The notes beneath the pieces are model-generated. The model had not been told where the DNA came from. It saw only the letters and a program-made list of their open reading frames with translations, and searched no databases. From Terriglobia bacterium (GTDB taxonomy: Bacteria > Acidobacteriota > Terriglobia > Bryobacterales > UBA6623): DNA of 64,000 nucleotides. The stretch is from the NCBI GenBank assembly GCA_009838515.1, contig VXRL01000040.1:117749-181748 (forward strand), in the 5' to 3' direction. Positions 1 through 9,161 of this stretch are shown piece after piece. The position numbers and the translations under genes were made by a program. Position 1 is the first letter of the stretch. Every line of letters starts with the position of its first letter.

Positions 1-2564
1 CCGGGCAGATGTGCTCGCGTGACCAACGCATGCATGACCGATTGGCGCGTGCGGTCGGTCCCCTCTCGGAAGGCCTCAAAGAGTTCGCTCCAACCTCCAC
101 CGTCCAGAAGCAGTTGTCGTAGCGACCAGAACGCGGCTTCGCGGCAGCTCTTGACCGGATCGTCGAAATGCTCGATCAGCGTGGGCACCGCATCATGCGC
201 CATTGCACCACCGAGAGCTAAGAGTCCGTAGTATCTAACCTGTGGGTAAGGACTGCTCGTGAACTCCTTGAACAATTCCGTGTGCTCGGAGCTTGCCGCG
301 GCCTGGGCGGCCCGTGCCTTGGCAAGCGACTCTAGGAAACCGTCCTCAGGGGCCAGTGCAAACTCGTGCTCGGCGTCAGCCTCGGGAGCGGGATGGAGAC
401 GGCTCAGGGCCCTGATGACATATGCGCTGGTAACGAATCCCGTCGCAGCCGCGGCATTCCACAGTCCGTACGGGTACTGGTTCTCCAGAAGCCATCGCAC
501 ACCCCGGCCGACCACGGGATCCTCGGCCGTATAGCCGGCGGCCTCGAGCGCTATCAATGCCACCGCTGTGGCGGCGGGATAGCTGTGGTCGTCAGGTCGC
601 AGCCATCCGCCGTTCTCGCCAGCCTTGCCGGGCTCGAAGCCCCAGCCTCCGTCCTCCCGCTGGAGGGCGAGGATCCGGCTCAGGTCGGTGGCTGCCCTGG
701 CTCGCAGGTCGGCATCCAACTTCTCCGCCTCCGCAATCCGACGCGGTGAGTTGGTCAGCTTGCGTACCTGCTCGACATAGTCGGCCGGCCAGATGCGGTG
801 CACGAACTCGACTCGGTGGCCATAGTCGTCGGTGACCCGGATATCGTCCTCGGTGGCGAGAATCTTCCTCCCTTTCTCTTCGATTCCGAAGAAGTAGCGC
901 GGCTCGCCGGTCTCGCGCCACGCGCGCTCCAAGACCTCGGCCCCAAACTTGAAGACCACGTTGGGCCCGAAGTTCGAGCCTCGCCCTGCCGCGTTGATGC
1001 CTTTCGGATCGGCAGTCTGGAGCACGTAGTTGGCGGTCCGCTGTTGCCACTGCGCATGCACCCGCTTGGGGTCGTGGGTGCGCTCGTGCAAGACGATGTT
1101 GCGCCCGGCGACCCGGGTGCCGGCTGGCCCGTCACCCAGATCGTTCGGCGCGACGCTGGTGTTGACTGCCGCGTCCTTGAGTTCGTTGGTCAGGCGGAGC
1201 GACTCGTACATCGTGTTGACCAAGCGCCGGTAGTTTTGCTCCACCCCGTGCGGGCCGTACCCGTTGCGAAACGCATCCGCCACACCCCAGACGCCGCTTT
1301 GGGTGTGGCAGCTCATGCAGTTCTCGCCAAACAGGGCTGTCGCATCGCGCACTCGGCGGTGCAGAGCTATATTGCGTGGGCGGTGGATGAGCCAGGCATC
1401 GATCTCGGCAAGGTGGTAGTACACACCCTGTCGCACGGCCTTGACCGGATCGGAATACGGTGCCGGGTCGAAAAGGCGCACCTGCAGCTCGTAGTGCGGC
1501 TGGTTTGCCTCCACGCGCAGGTAGTAGGTCTGTCCCGGCTCAAGCTGACGGGTCACGAATGTCCGAAAAGAGCGATCCTGCTGGTGCGCCCGCTCGTTGA
1601 TCGCCCTGCCCTGTTCGTACGTATATACGGGGACCGGGCCGTCAATGACCGTGGCGGGCGGATGCACGTACGGAATGGGATTGAAGTTCGAGAAGTCGCG
1701 GCTATTGGGCACGTCGCGCTCGCGGAGCTCCTCCGCGTTCGGGCGACCCTGCTTATAGAAGCGGATGCGAGCGCTGACGACAGGCTCGACGATTTGGAGA
1801 TTGGCGCTGAGGTACTTCGGAGTAGAGCCGTCGTACTCAATGCGATACCAGTCGTCGGGGGTGTTGCCAGTACTGGTGTTGTTGTAGTACTCGACATCAT
1901 CGGCACCGCCGACGACGTACACAGTCCCGGTCTCGTCCGCCTCGCTGAGCGGAAGCAGCGTGGCCTGTTCGGGTGCGTTGTTCGGCTCCGCTTCCAAGAT
2001 CAAGGACTCCGACGAGAGGGCGGAGATCGGCCGGATCGCGATCGCCAAAGCGCCACGATCCACGGCAGGAGTGACGGTTGGCAGCGGCGTCGCCAGCGGT
2101 GCCAGGCCCGTATCGTGCGGGATTGGCCCAAGTGGTTGCTCGCGATCCAGCACGGGCTCGATCCGGATCGAATATCTTCCCGAGACCGGGGCGCGATAGA
2201 CCAAGTGTAGGTCGGGATCAAGGGCATGCAGCACCTTGGACCAGCTTGTAGTGGCTATAACGCCGGAATCGCCCCGATCGCCCGTGATGCCGGAATCTGG
2301 CAGGTCCGGGCCGGACCAATGGACTTCGATCCGAGCGTTCGTCGGCAAGGCGGACGGCTCTACCAGTTGCAGCGAGACGTCAAATGCCCTTCCCGCCTCG
2401 AGGGTCCACTCCTCGCTCCACGCTGCGCCGACGGAGACGGTCCGGGTATAGCCTGAGCCCTCCGTCAGGGATAACCCTGGAGTCGGCGTAAGCAACGGTG
2501 GGACCGCGCACACAAATAGCGGCAGCCCCCAGCGAAAAATCGGCCTGAGTTGCTTACTATCCAC
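1..2564 (-). CDS. Secreted multidomain protein, N-terminal 854 codons only (signal peptide, PPC-like beta domain, one CxxCH haem-c motif, prenyltransferase/terpene-cyclase-like repeats, HEAT-like repeats). It continues past position 1.
   Basis: Absent from the ORF track because it has no stop in the window. My reverse-strand translation is open from 2564 to 1. Motifs seen: VDSKQLRPIFRWGLPLFVCAVPPLL (signal-like); DDWYRIEY...GQTYYLRVEAN (PPC-like); LFGENCMSCHTQSG (CxxCH); LQREDGGWGF and LLENQYPYGLWN (alpha/alpha-toroid repeat signatures); VRYYGLLALGG...DDPVKSCREAAFWSLRQL (HEAT-like). Start is ambiguous in the same frame: GTG 2564, TTG 2579 or ATG 2638. The listed ORF 798..2210(+) is its antisense shadow. 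Confidence 0.75.
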   Translation of the reverse strand, partial: MDSKQLRPIFRWGLPLFVCAVPPLLTPTPGLSLTEGSGYTRTVSVGAAWSEEWTLEAGRAFDVSLQLVEPSALPTNARIEVHWSGPDLPDSGITGDRGDSGVIATTSWSKVLHALDPDLHLVYRAPVSGRYSIRIEPVLDREQPLGPIPHDTGLAPLATPLPTVTPAVDRGALAIAIRPISALSSESLILEAEPNNAPEQATLLPLSEADETGTVYVVGGADDVEYYNNTSTGNTPDDWYRIEYDGSTPKYLSANLQIVEPVVSARIRFYKQGRPNAEELRERDVPNSRDFSNFNPIPYVHPPATVIDGPVPVYTYEQGRAINERAHQQDRSFRTFVTRQLEPGQTYYLRVEANQPHYELQVRLFDPAPYSDPVKAVRQGVYYHLAEIDAWLIHRPRNIALHRRVRDATALFGENCMSCHTQSGVWGVADAFRNGYGPHGVEQNYRRLVNTMYESLRLTNELKDAAVNTSVAPNDLGDGPAGTRVAGRNIVLHERTHDPKRVHAQWQQRTANYVLQTADPKGINAAGRGSNFGPNVVFKFGAEVLERAWRETGEPRYFFGIEEKGRKILATEDDIRVTDDYGHRVEFVHRIWPADYVEQVRKLTNSPRRIAEAEKLDADLRARAATDLSRILALQREDGGWGFEPGKAGENGGWLRPDDHSYPAATAVALIALEAAGYTAEDPVVGRGVRWLLENQYPYGLWNAAAATGFVTSAYVIRALSRLHPAPEADAEHEFALAPEDGFLESLAKARAAQAAASSEHTELFKEFTSSPYPQVRYYGLLALGGAMAHDAVPTLIEHFDDPVKSCREAAFWSLRQLLLDGGGWSELFEAFREGTDRTRQSVMHALVTRAHLP

Positions 2565-2716
2565 GGGTGTCCGCTTCAATACTATCGGAATCGAGCCACG
2601 TCTAGAGCGAAGCTGGTGAAGCTGGTTGCATCTCCAGCGGTCCTGCATTCTGTCGCGTTTCGGCAATTCCCCTCGGCCAGACTCACAGCCGCGGGAGACT
2701 GGAGACCGGCCAACGA

Positions 2717-2740
2717 GACGCCCAGTCCATCATGGGCGTC
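2717..2740 (-). terminator. Candidate hairpin 5 nt downstream of the abiEii stop
   Basis: Perfect 8-bp stem GACGCCCA / TGGGCGTC with an 8-nt loop. No clear U-tract follows on the minus strand, so this is at best a weak intrinsic terminator. Confidence 0.3.
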
Positions 2741-2745
2741 TTCGG

Positions 2746-3577
2746 CTAGTCATCGGCAACCGTGGCTCCGCGTCGCCCTCTTTGACTGTCTGGTAGCAGA
2801 GCCACCAACCCACTTAGCACGCGTTCCGCAGCCTCATCGACGTCCCAGAAAGTTCCGATGGCCAGAAGCGGATCAAGGTCAGCCTTGAACTGATCGTTGC
2901 GGAGCTTCGTCTCGATATTCCGCTCGAATTGGGCACGAGTCACTACGTTACCGCCGTGCTCCATGTAACGGGAAAACACCGCTACCACCCGTCCGGGTCG
3001 ACCTCCGACGAATCAAGTGCTCTCGAAAGATCGAACAGGTCACGCCCCTTTCTGCGCTGATAGAGGGCGCGCAACTTCGTGGCGAGCAACTCGTCGAGCA
3101 GGAACGATGTGATCTCCGTACTGCCATCGAACCACCGGGAGGGGACCGTGAACGGGAATCGCTTGAATCCGCAGACTGCGAAATGTTCTCGGAATTGATT
3201 TCCACCTTGAGCCGAAGCCGTTTGGATGGCAGGTCCTCTGATCGAAAGCGGTAGGAGAGAGTCACTCGTGCTTCACTTTGATTCCGCCGCGGCTCTCCAA
3301 GCCAAGGGTCGAGGACTTCACGCAAAGAATCCATCATTGGCCCGGCCGGCTCGGCCCTGATCTGGACGAGGTCGATGTCTTCGGAATAGCGTGCTGGAGG
3401 ACGAAAACGGAGCTTGGAGAGAGCTGTCCCGCCCCGGAAGGCCAACGATTCCCGCAAGACCGGGTGGTCAAATATCGCGACTAGTGCACGACTGATGGCC
3501 AGATCCTGTTCGACTTGGAAGTCTTCCACCCACGGTGCGTGTTTACGCCACTCCGTAATGTAGTCGCGCGGAATCAC
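2746..3577 (-). pseudogene. abiEii: AbiEii/DUF1814 nucleotidyltransferase toxin (type IV TA / abortive infection), disrupted by two frameshifts
   Basis: ORF 2948..3577 gives the N-terminal part (FRGGTALSKL...RYSEDIDLV...KVEINS). ORF 2746..2988 gives the C-terminal part (VFSRYMEHGGNVVTRAQFERNIETKL...). The middle (REHFAVCGFKRFPF...LLATKLRALYQRRKGRDLFDLSRAL) reads only in the third frame, between about 3190 and 2990. Two single-nucleotide shifts of the same sign are therefore needed. Confidence 0.8.
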
Positions 3578-4377
3578 AGGTCAGGCTCCACGTCCGAGTT
3601 GACAAAGACCTTCCAGTCCGCGTCCCTACGTGCCTGAGAATGGGAGACGCTAGGGACAAGAGGAACGGATTGTCGCGCTGCTTGCTTGACGTAGTCTCTG
3701 AGGGGATCCGCTCGTTTACCGGAAGCAACTAGCGAGAGCAGGTATCCGAGCCTCTGCGCCCATGGAATTGGAGCGGTCTGTGCGGCTGACACGAGTTTTT
3801 CAGGATCAATTTGGGCGGCGAGTTCGGCAAGCACAGTGGCAACTTGGTCGAGCCCGCCAACCCGGTGGCGATAGCCGACCAGATCAATGGCTGTTGCTTC
3901 CGGAGTTGAGACGCGGATCGTGCCGCGCGGTGTGTTGAAGAATTGAGTGGGCACCATGCTAACGTGCTTGCGAACGACGAAGGCCGCACGGACTCGACCG
4001 CACTCGATTGGGCGAATGGGGTGTCGGACAAGCACTTGGAATTGCTGGGGGCGGTGATGGGCCGCGCCGTGGTACTGCGCCGCCGATAGCAGGCCTGCAT
4101 AGTAGGGTCTTGCGCGAATATGCATGATGCTGGGAATGAATTGTTCTGGCGGCAGGCATCCCAACGAACGGTATTCCGGCGGAACGATCACGTAGAAGCC
4201 CCGCGCCGGCTGGGCAATGATGCCCTTCCGGGCAAGTCGGCTGAGAGCGAGCTTGGTGGCGGCGGCCGACACGCCGAGAGCGTCGCGGGCGTCTCCTGAA
4301 GTAAAGTGATGGTATCCGGCAGAGGCGAGGCCGTCGATGTAACCACGGGCAGTCGGCCTGCTTGGATTCCATATCAT
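3574..4377 (-). CDS. abiEi: AbiEi antitoxin / transcriptional regulator (type IV TA), apparently intact
   Basis: 267-aa ORF with a winged-helix-like N-terminus (FTSGDARDALGVSAAATKLALSRLARKGIIAQPARGFY) and an AbiEi_4-like C-terminal domain. It overlaps the abiEii start by 4 nt (3574..3577). Confidence 0.85.
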   Translation of the reverse strand: MIWNPSRPTARGYIDGLASAGYHHFTSGDARDALGVSAAATKLALSRLARKGIIAQPARGFYVIVPPEYRSLGCLPPEQFIPSIMHIRARPYYAGLLSAAQYHGAAHHRPQQFQVLVRHPIRPIECGRVRAAFVVRKHVSMVPTQFFNTPRGTIRVSTPEATAIDLVGYRHRVGGLDQVATVLAELAAQIDPEKLVSAAQTAPIPWAQRLGYLLSLVASGKRADPLRDYVKQAARQSVPLVPSVSHSQARRDADWKVFVNSDVEPDL

Positions 4378-4383
4378 TTCTGT

Positions 4384-4406
4384 AAAGTATCATATTTTAA
4401 TACTTT
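4384..4406. promoter_or_regulatory. Inverted repeat AAAGTAT-N9-ATACTTT immediately upstream of abiEi; candidate AbiEi operator/promoter
   Basis: 7-bp arms at 4384..4390 and 4400..4406 in the only AT-rich stretch of the region. A TAAAAT -10-like element lies between the arms when read on the minus strand. Confidence 0.35.
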
Positions 4407-4567
4407 GTGCAAACGAATCGAGAGAAGACCTTGCTGGCACGGGACTGATCTGCGTCCATGCTCAACGCCTCCTGCTTGCACAGGCCGGTAGTCTGGATTC
4501 TTCTTCGGAAGCACTCGCTAGCCAGATGAGCCCAACGACCGAGTGAGGCGGACAACTCGAAAGCGAC

Positions 4568-4966
4568 GTGGTGCGGATGTATCCTGCGAGCTTTCCGATT
4601 CCGCCCAGAGTTTCAACTAGCCGGCATCGAAACTTTCATTTGGACGCTAGCCAAGCTTGCAATTGGACGGTGTCTGGCACGCGATTCTTTCGTCAATCAA
4701 TCGAGCGTTGCCGCGCCGGGCACAAGGTGGCCGTGAGCCTTCTCTATGCGCTACAGCGGTCATCACTGGTCAGGTTGACCCACACGGACTCGGACCTGGA
4801 GGCAGAGGCTCGTCTGTGGTTGCAGCGGCATTGCGAACGCAGGTATTCGTTCGTAGACGCTGTCAGCTTTGAAGTCATGCACCGGCGGCAAATCCCGGAG
4901 GCTCTTGCGTTCAACCGAGGATTCGCGGCGGCCGGCTGCATCGAAGTGCGAAGCTCGAAAGCCTAG
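4568..4966 (+). CDS. PIN-domain (VapC-like) protein with no recognisable antitoxin partner; start uncertain
   Basis: C-terminal half matches PIN toxins (RYSFVDAVSFEVMHRRQIPEALAFNRGFAAAGCIEV). A possible N-terminal acidic motif is present (FHLDASQA). The upstream 190 bp has no antitoxin-sized ORF. Confidence 0.45.
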   Translation: MVRMYPASFPIPPRVSTSRHRNFHLDASQACNWTVSGTRFFRQSIERCRAGHKVAVSLLYALQRSSLVRLTHTDSDLEAEARLWLQRHCERRYSFVDAVSFEVMHRRQIPEALAFNRGFAAAGCIEVRSSKA

Positions 4967-5035
4967 TGGTTGCGGCGACCAGCAAGCCTGATCGTCGACT
5001 TGGCCTCGAAACACGACTGTGCCAAACTAGCCGTC

Positions 5036-6091
5036 ATGGTCGACACCCGCAGGAGCTTCCTCCGATCCAGCTTGGCACTGGCGAGCACAGTCGGGCCCGC
5101 AGCTGCAACGACCGGGTCAACGTACGGAATGGGAATCGGCACCGCCGCGTATATGCAGCGCGGCCGTGCAGATCAGAAGGTCGAGCGGAGCCAACGCTTC
5201 ACAGAGACTTTGCGCTTTCTGGAGCATTGCAACAGCATGGGCGCGGCGGGAATCCAAGCGCCCCTGAGCGAGCTCAGCGATGACTACGCAGGGCGCGTGC
5301 GTGCGAAGTCCGAAGAGTACGGCATGTACGTGGAAGTCTCCGCCCGCTTGCCTAAGAACGACTCCGACGAGTTGGATGTCTTTGAGCGGACCGTTCGCGC
5401 GACCAAGGCTGCAGGCGGAAGCGTGATTCGCACAGTGATGCTGGGCGGGCGCCGCTACGAGACGTTCAAGACTCTCGAGGACTGGAAGGAGTTCGCCCGC
5501 GTGAGCTGGCGGTCTCTGAGCCGCGCCGAGCCAATCCTGCGCCGCCACCAGGTGCGGCTCGCCCTAGAGAACCACAAGGACTGGCGCATTGACGAGATGC
5601 TGAGGATTCTCAAGCGCATCGAGAGCGAGTGGGTAGGCATCACCGTTGACACGGGCAACAACATGTCGTTGCTGGAGGACCCTCTCGATACCGTCCAGGC
5701 ATTCGCTCCGTACGCCACGTCCGTGCATCTGAAGGACATGGGTGTCGAGGCGTACGAAGACGGCTTCCTGCTCGCCGAAGTTCCATTTGGCACCGGTTGC
5801 CTTGACATGGCTGCGGTGGTCGAGACGATTCGCTCGGCCCGCCCGGAAGTCCGCTTCACGCTCGAAATGATCACGCGCGACGCGCTGAAAATTCCCTGTC
5901 TCCGCGAGCACTACTGGATCACGATGGGCCGTGTACCCGGAGCGGACCTGGCGGCGTCGCTCTCTACCGTCCAAAGCCACGGCAGACCGCTTCCGCTGAT
6001 CGATCAACTCGACGAGAAGGAGCGCTTCAAGATCGAGGAGAATAACAACCGAGCCTGCCTTGAGTACGCCAAGGCCAAGCTCGAGCTGTAA
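5036..6091 (+). CDS. Tat-signal xylose-isomerase-like TIM-barrel protein (sugar phosphate isomerase/epimerase family)
   Basis: ORF 4970..6091. The ATG at 5036 gives MVDTRRSFLRSSLALAS (twin-arginine signal). The body has family-typical segments (LALENH, TVDTGN, HLKD). The alternative TTG start at 4970 is less likely. Confidence 0.8.
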   Translation: MVDTRRSFLRSSLALASTVGPAAATTGSTYGMGIGTAAYMQRGRADQKVERSQRFTETLRFLEHCNSMGAAGIQAPLSELSDDYAGRVRAKSEEYGMYVEVSARLPKNDSDELDVFERTVRATKAAGGSVIRTVMLGGRRYETFKTLEDWKEFARVSWRSLSRAEPILRRHQVRLALENHKDWRIDEMLRILKRIESEWVGITVDTGNNMSLLEDPLDTVQAFAPYATSVHLKDMGVEAYEDGFLLAEVPFGTGCLDMAAVVETIRSARPEVRFTLEMITRDALKIPCLREHYWITMGRVPGADLAASLSTVQSHGRPLPLIDQLDEKERFKIEENNNRACLEYAKAKLEL

Positions 6092-6168
6092 GCCGCGGTT
6101 GGCCGGTTGCTCCCGGCGCCTAAGCACTTACAACGGTGCGAGCCGGTGAGCCCGGCCGTACTGAGCAG

Positions 6169-7575
6169 CTAGGTGCTGATTGCATCCCAAGGCTTGCGTG
6201 CCTTGCGGCCCAGCATTCGCGATGCCTCGGCATCGCCCTCGAAATCCTCGCGCTCGCCGTTCCACTTGAGCTTGCGCCCGGCATGGTAGGCGATGTTGCC
6301 GAGATGGGCTATGAGTGACGAGCGGTGGCCGATGAGCGCGTCCGATCGGGGGGGCTCGCCGTCCCGCACGCAGCGCACGAAGTGCTCGGCGTGGAGTTGG
6401 GACGGTTCGCTCCCGCTCTTGTGCATCCTGCTCAGCTTGCTCTTCGCGAAGGCGTCCTTGTCGCTGAGGGACCCGCCGTAGGCACCCGTTTCGGGGATGA
6501 TCTCGTAGCCCAGCCGATCCGCGATGAGCGTCCCGTTGCTGCCGTAAAACGCCATCCCATTGGGCCGGTTCTCCGGTGCGCGCGCACCGTGCAGCGGCAT
6601 GCCCTGGGTCAAGCGACCCATGCTGCCGAACGAGTTGATGTTGCACGTTTCGTAGCTCAGCACAAAGCCGGGATATTCCAGCGTCACCTGGAGCAGGTCG
6701 GGCTGGTCGCCCATGCCGCCCACGGCGAAGCGGCCGCCGGCGGCGGCCACACTCTTGGGGCGATCTTGGCCCATGATTTGGTGGATCGTGTCGAAACGGT
6801 GCGTGCCGAAGTCAGTGATCCAGCCCCCCGCATAGTCGAAGAACATCCGGTACGTGCGCAGGAAGCGCATCTCGTTGAACGGCACCCAAGGAGCGGGTCC
6901 GAGATAGAAGTCCCAGTCCAGTCCGGGCGGTGGGTCAGAGTCGGGCTTCGTGCCGGGTCCAATTGGCATCAGGTTGGCGTAGTTCCAGACGCGGACAAAA
7001 TGGACGTCGCGGAGCACGCCACCTTGGACAATCTCGGTAGCTTCTTGTAGGTGCGGGGCGGAACGGTGCTGCGTGCCGGTCAGGAACACCGCCTTGGAGC
7101 GAGCCGCGGCATCCACCATGGCCTTCCCTTCCAAGACGTTATGGCCCAGCGGCTTCTCAACATAGACGTGCTTTCCGGCCTCGAGCGCCGCGACAGCGGG
7201 AAGCGCGTGCCAGTGGTCGGGCGTCGCAACGTGAATCGCGTCGATGTCCTTGTCGTCCATCACGCGCCGAAAGTCTTTCCCGACCTTGCCGCTGCCCCCG
7301 GCTAGTTCTTCACGGGCGGCTTCTGCCTGCTTGTCGTAGACATCGCAGAAGTAGCCGTATTCGACCCCTTCGACCGCTGCGGCCTTGGACGCCACGCTCT
7401 TGCCACGGCCGCCGCATCCAACGAGTGCGATGCGCAGGCGCGAATTCGCCCCGACCACCCGGGACGCTGAGGCCGCGGTGATTGCCGCCGCTCCCGCAGT
7501 CCGGAAGAAGCGACGGCGCTGAATCCGGTCGCCGGTGGCTTCGGCGGCGTTGGCCGCTTGATCCTGTCGTTGCAT
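6169..7575 (-). CDS. Tat-signal Gfo/Idh/MocA family oxidoreductase
   Basis: 468 aa. RRRFFRTAGAAAITAASA is a Tat signal and LRIALVGCGGRG is a Rossmann motif. ATPDHWHA...EKPL is typical of Gfo/Idh/MocA. Confidence 0.9.
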   Translation of the reverse strand: MQRQDQAANAAEATGDRIQRRRFFRTAGAAAITAASASRVVGANSRLRIALVGCGGRGKSVASKAAAVEGVEYGYFCDVYDKQAEAAREELAGGSGKVGKDFRRVMDDKDIDAIHVATPDHWHALPAVAALEAGKHVYVEKPLGHNVLEGKAMVDAAARSKAVFLTGTQHRSAPHLQEATEIVQGGVLRDVHFVRVWNYANLMPIGPGTKPDSDPPPGLDWDFYLGPAPWVPFNEMRFLRTYRMFFDYAGGWITDFGTHRFDTIHQIMGQDRPKSVAAAGGRFAVGGMGDQPDLLQVTLEYPGFVLSYETCNINSFGSMGRLTQGMPLHGARAPENRPNGMAFYGSNGTLIADRLGYEIIPETGAYGGSLSDKDAFAKSKLSRMHKSGSEPSQLHAEHFVRCVRDGEPPRSDALIGHRSSLIAHLGNIAYHAGRKLKWNGEREDFEGDAEASRMLGRKARKPWDAIST

Positions 7576-7791
7576 GCGTTCGATCCTGGGCGGTCGCTGA
7601 CCGCTAGCTCCCAGGCATCAGCCCTGATTCCTTGGAAGCCCTATCCACCTTAACCGATGGAGGGGGATCGAACGACGCTATAGCTCCGGAGGAGGGGCAC
7701 TGGGCCAGGACATGAACGCTTGTCGCAGTACGGGCGTGGAAGACGGACTTCTCTGGGTGGCCCCGAGCACCTCGTAGCTGGCGGGCGCACC

Positions 7792-9000
7792 CTAAGGGGC
7801 CTTAACGTTATAGGCGTATAGCCTCTCTTGATCGCGCAGATACAGCATGCCGTCGGCAATGACCGGAAGCGTCCAAGTTGGATAGTCTCTGCTTCCAATC
7901 ACAAAGCGTGAGACTTCGCGGTATTCGGTGGGACTGGGCTCAACCAGGCCAACCACCCCGTCTTCCGAGAGGATGTAGAGCCGACCATCAGCATGGATGA
8001 TCTGCCCCTTGCCAACGGAACGGTCGCGCCACGCTACCTCACCCGTCTCAAACTCCATCGCGGTAAGGATCCGGCCGGAGAATCCGTACAAATGATCATC
8101 GAGCAGTATCGAAGTGCTGTAGTGGTTCCTCATGTCCCGGTTGAAGTAGACCTCGGAAGCGGTGGTAGAGCCACCTGTGCTCTCTAGGCGGAGCAATGCG
8201 CAACCCGTGCCGTAGGAGGACGAGAAGAAGGCTAGGTTGTCGCGTACGACCGGCGTGGCTGCATTGGCAGTCGAGTTGCTAACGGGTCGGTAGCGCCAGA
8301 GCAACTCGCCGTTGGTGGCTAGGACGCCGACTGCCGCTTCCCCCGTGAAGAAGACGTACTGGCGAACGCCGTCGATTTCGACTGCCACGCCGGACGAATA
8401 GCCTGCCTCGTCACTCTGGGTTTTCCAAAGCTCATCGCCCGTCGCCTTGTCCAGCGCGACGATCGAGGCTCCCCGACCGCCAGCATTCACAATTAGACGG
8501 TCTCCGTCGACCAAGGGAGACTCGCTCATTCCCCAGTTGATGTTCCTCGCCCGATATGTCTTGAGCAGGTGCTTTTCCCAGACCTTTGCCCCGGTCGAGG
8601 TATCGGCGCATATCAGGTTTCCGTCCCCGCCGAGGGCGTAGACGCGATCCCCGTCGACTGTAGGAGTTCCTCGCGGGCCACCCCCGCGGCGATTGGAGTA
8701 CGGCCTGCCATGCTCAGTCTCCCATGCGGTCTTCCCTGTTTCAGCATCAAGAGCGATCAAGTACTGCTTGCCGTCCTTGACGCCCTGAGTGAAAAGGATT
8801 CCGTTTGCGAAGGAAAGAGACGAGTAGCCCTCGCCAAGGGATTCGACTTGCCAGACCTTTTCCGGACCGGATTCGGGCCAAGTCGCAAGCAATCCCGATT
8901 CGGGCGACTTACCGTCCCGGTCGGGGCCGAGCCATTGATTCCACTCCGCTGAAGCGAGCGGCAAGAGGGCAACGGACAGGAGTAGGCAAGCTGAACGCAT
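7792..9000 (-). CDS. Secreted PQQ-like beta-propeller repeat protein
   Basis: 402 aa with signal peptide MRSACLLLSVALLPLASA. It has repeated W-containing blades (WQV, TAWE, KVWE, ELWK, LLWRY, VAWRD) typical of PQQ-like/BamB-like propellers. Confidence 0.85.
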   Translation of the reverse strand: MRSACLLLSVALLPLASAEWNQWLGPDRDGKSPESGLLATWPESGPEKVWQVESLGEGYSSLSFANGILFTQGVKDGKQYLIALDAETGKTAWETEHGRPYSNRRGGGPRGTPTVDGDRVYALGGDGNLICADTSTGAKVWEKHLLKTYRARNINWGMSESPLVDGDRLIVNAGGRGASIVALDKATGDELWKTQSDEAGYSSGVAVEIDGVRQYVFFTGEAAVGVLATNGELLWRYRPVSNSTANAATPVVRDNLAFFSSSYGTGCALLRLESTGGSTTASEVYFNRDMRNHYSTSILLDDHLYGFSGRILTAMEFETGEVAWRDRSVGKGQIIHADGRLYILSEDGVVGLVEPSPTEYREVSRFVIGSRDYPTWTLPVIADGMLYLRDQERLYAYNVKAP

Positions 9001-9161
9001 GGAACCGGGGAGATCTGCGGAGTGCTAAGTGAGGTCGGTGGTAGGTCGACGAAAGGAGCTAGGCGACTCAGACTGTCATTATGGCAAGCCACTGCGTCCG
9101 TAGACACTGTGAAGCTTCGTCGGAGCGATTGAAGGCGGTGCCGGGCGGACCGTTTATCGAA

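Noticed and set aside
798-2210. 470-aa plus-strand ORF
   Set aside because: It is the antisense shadow of the long minus-strand gene (1..2564). Its translation is low-complexity (V/G/A/R/L-rich) with no motifs, while the opposite strand gives a coherent domain-containing protein.
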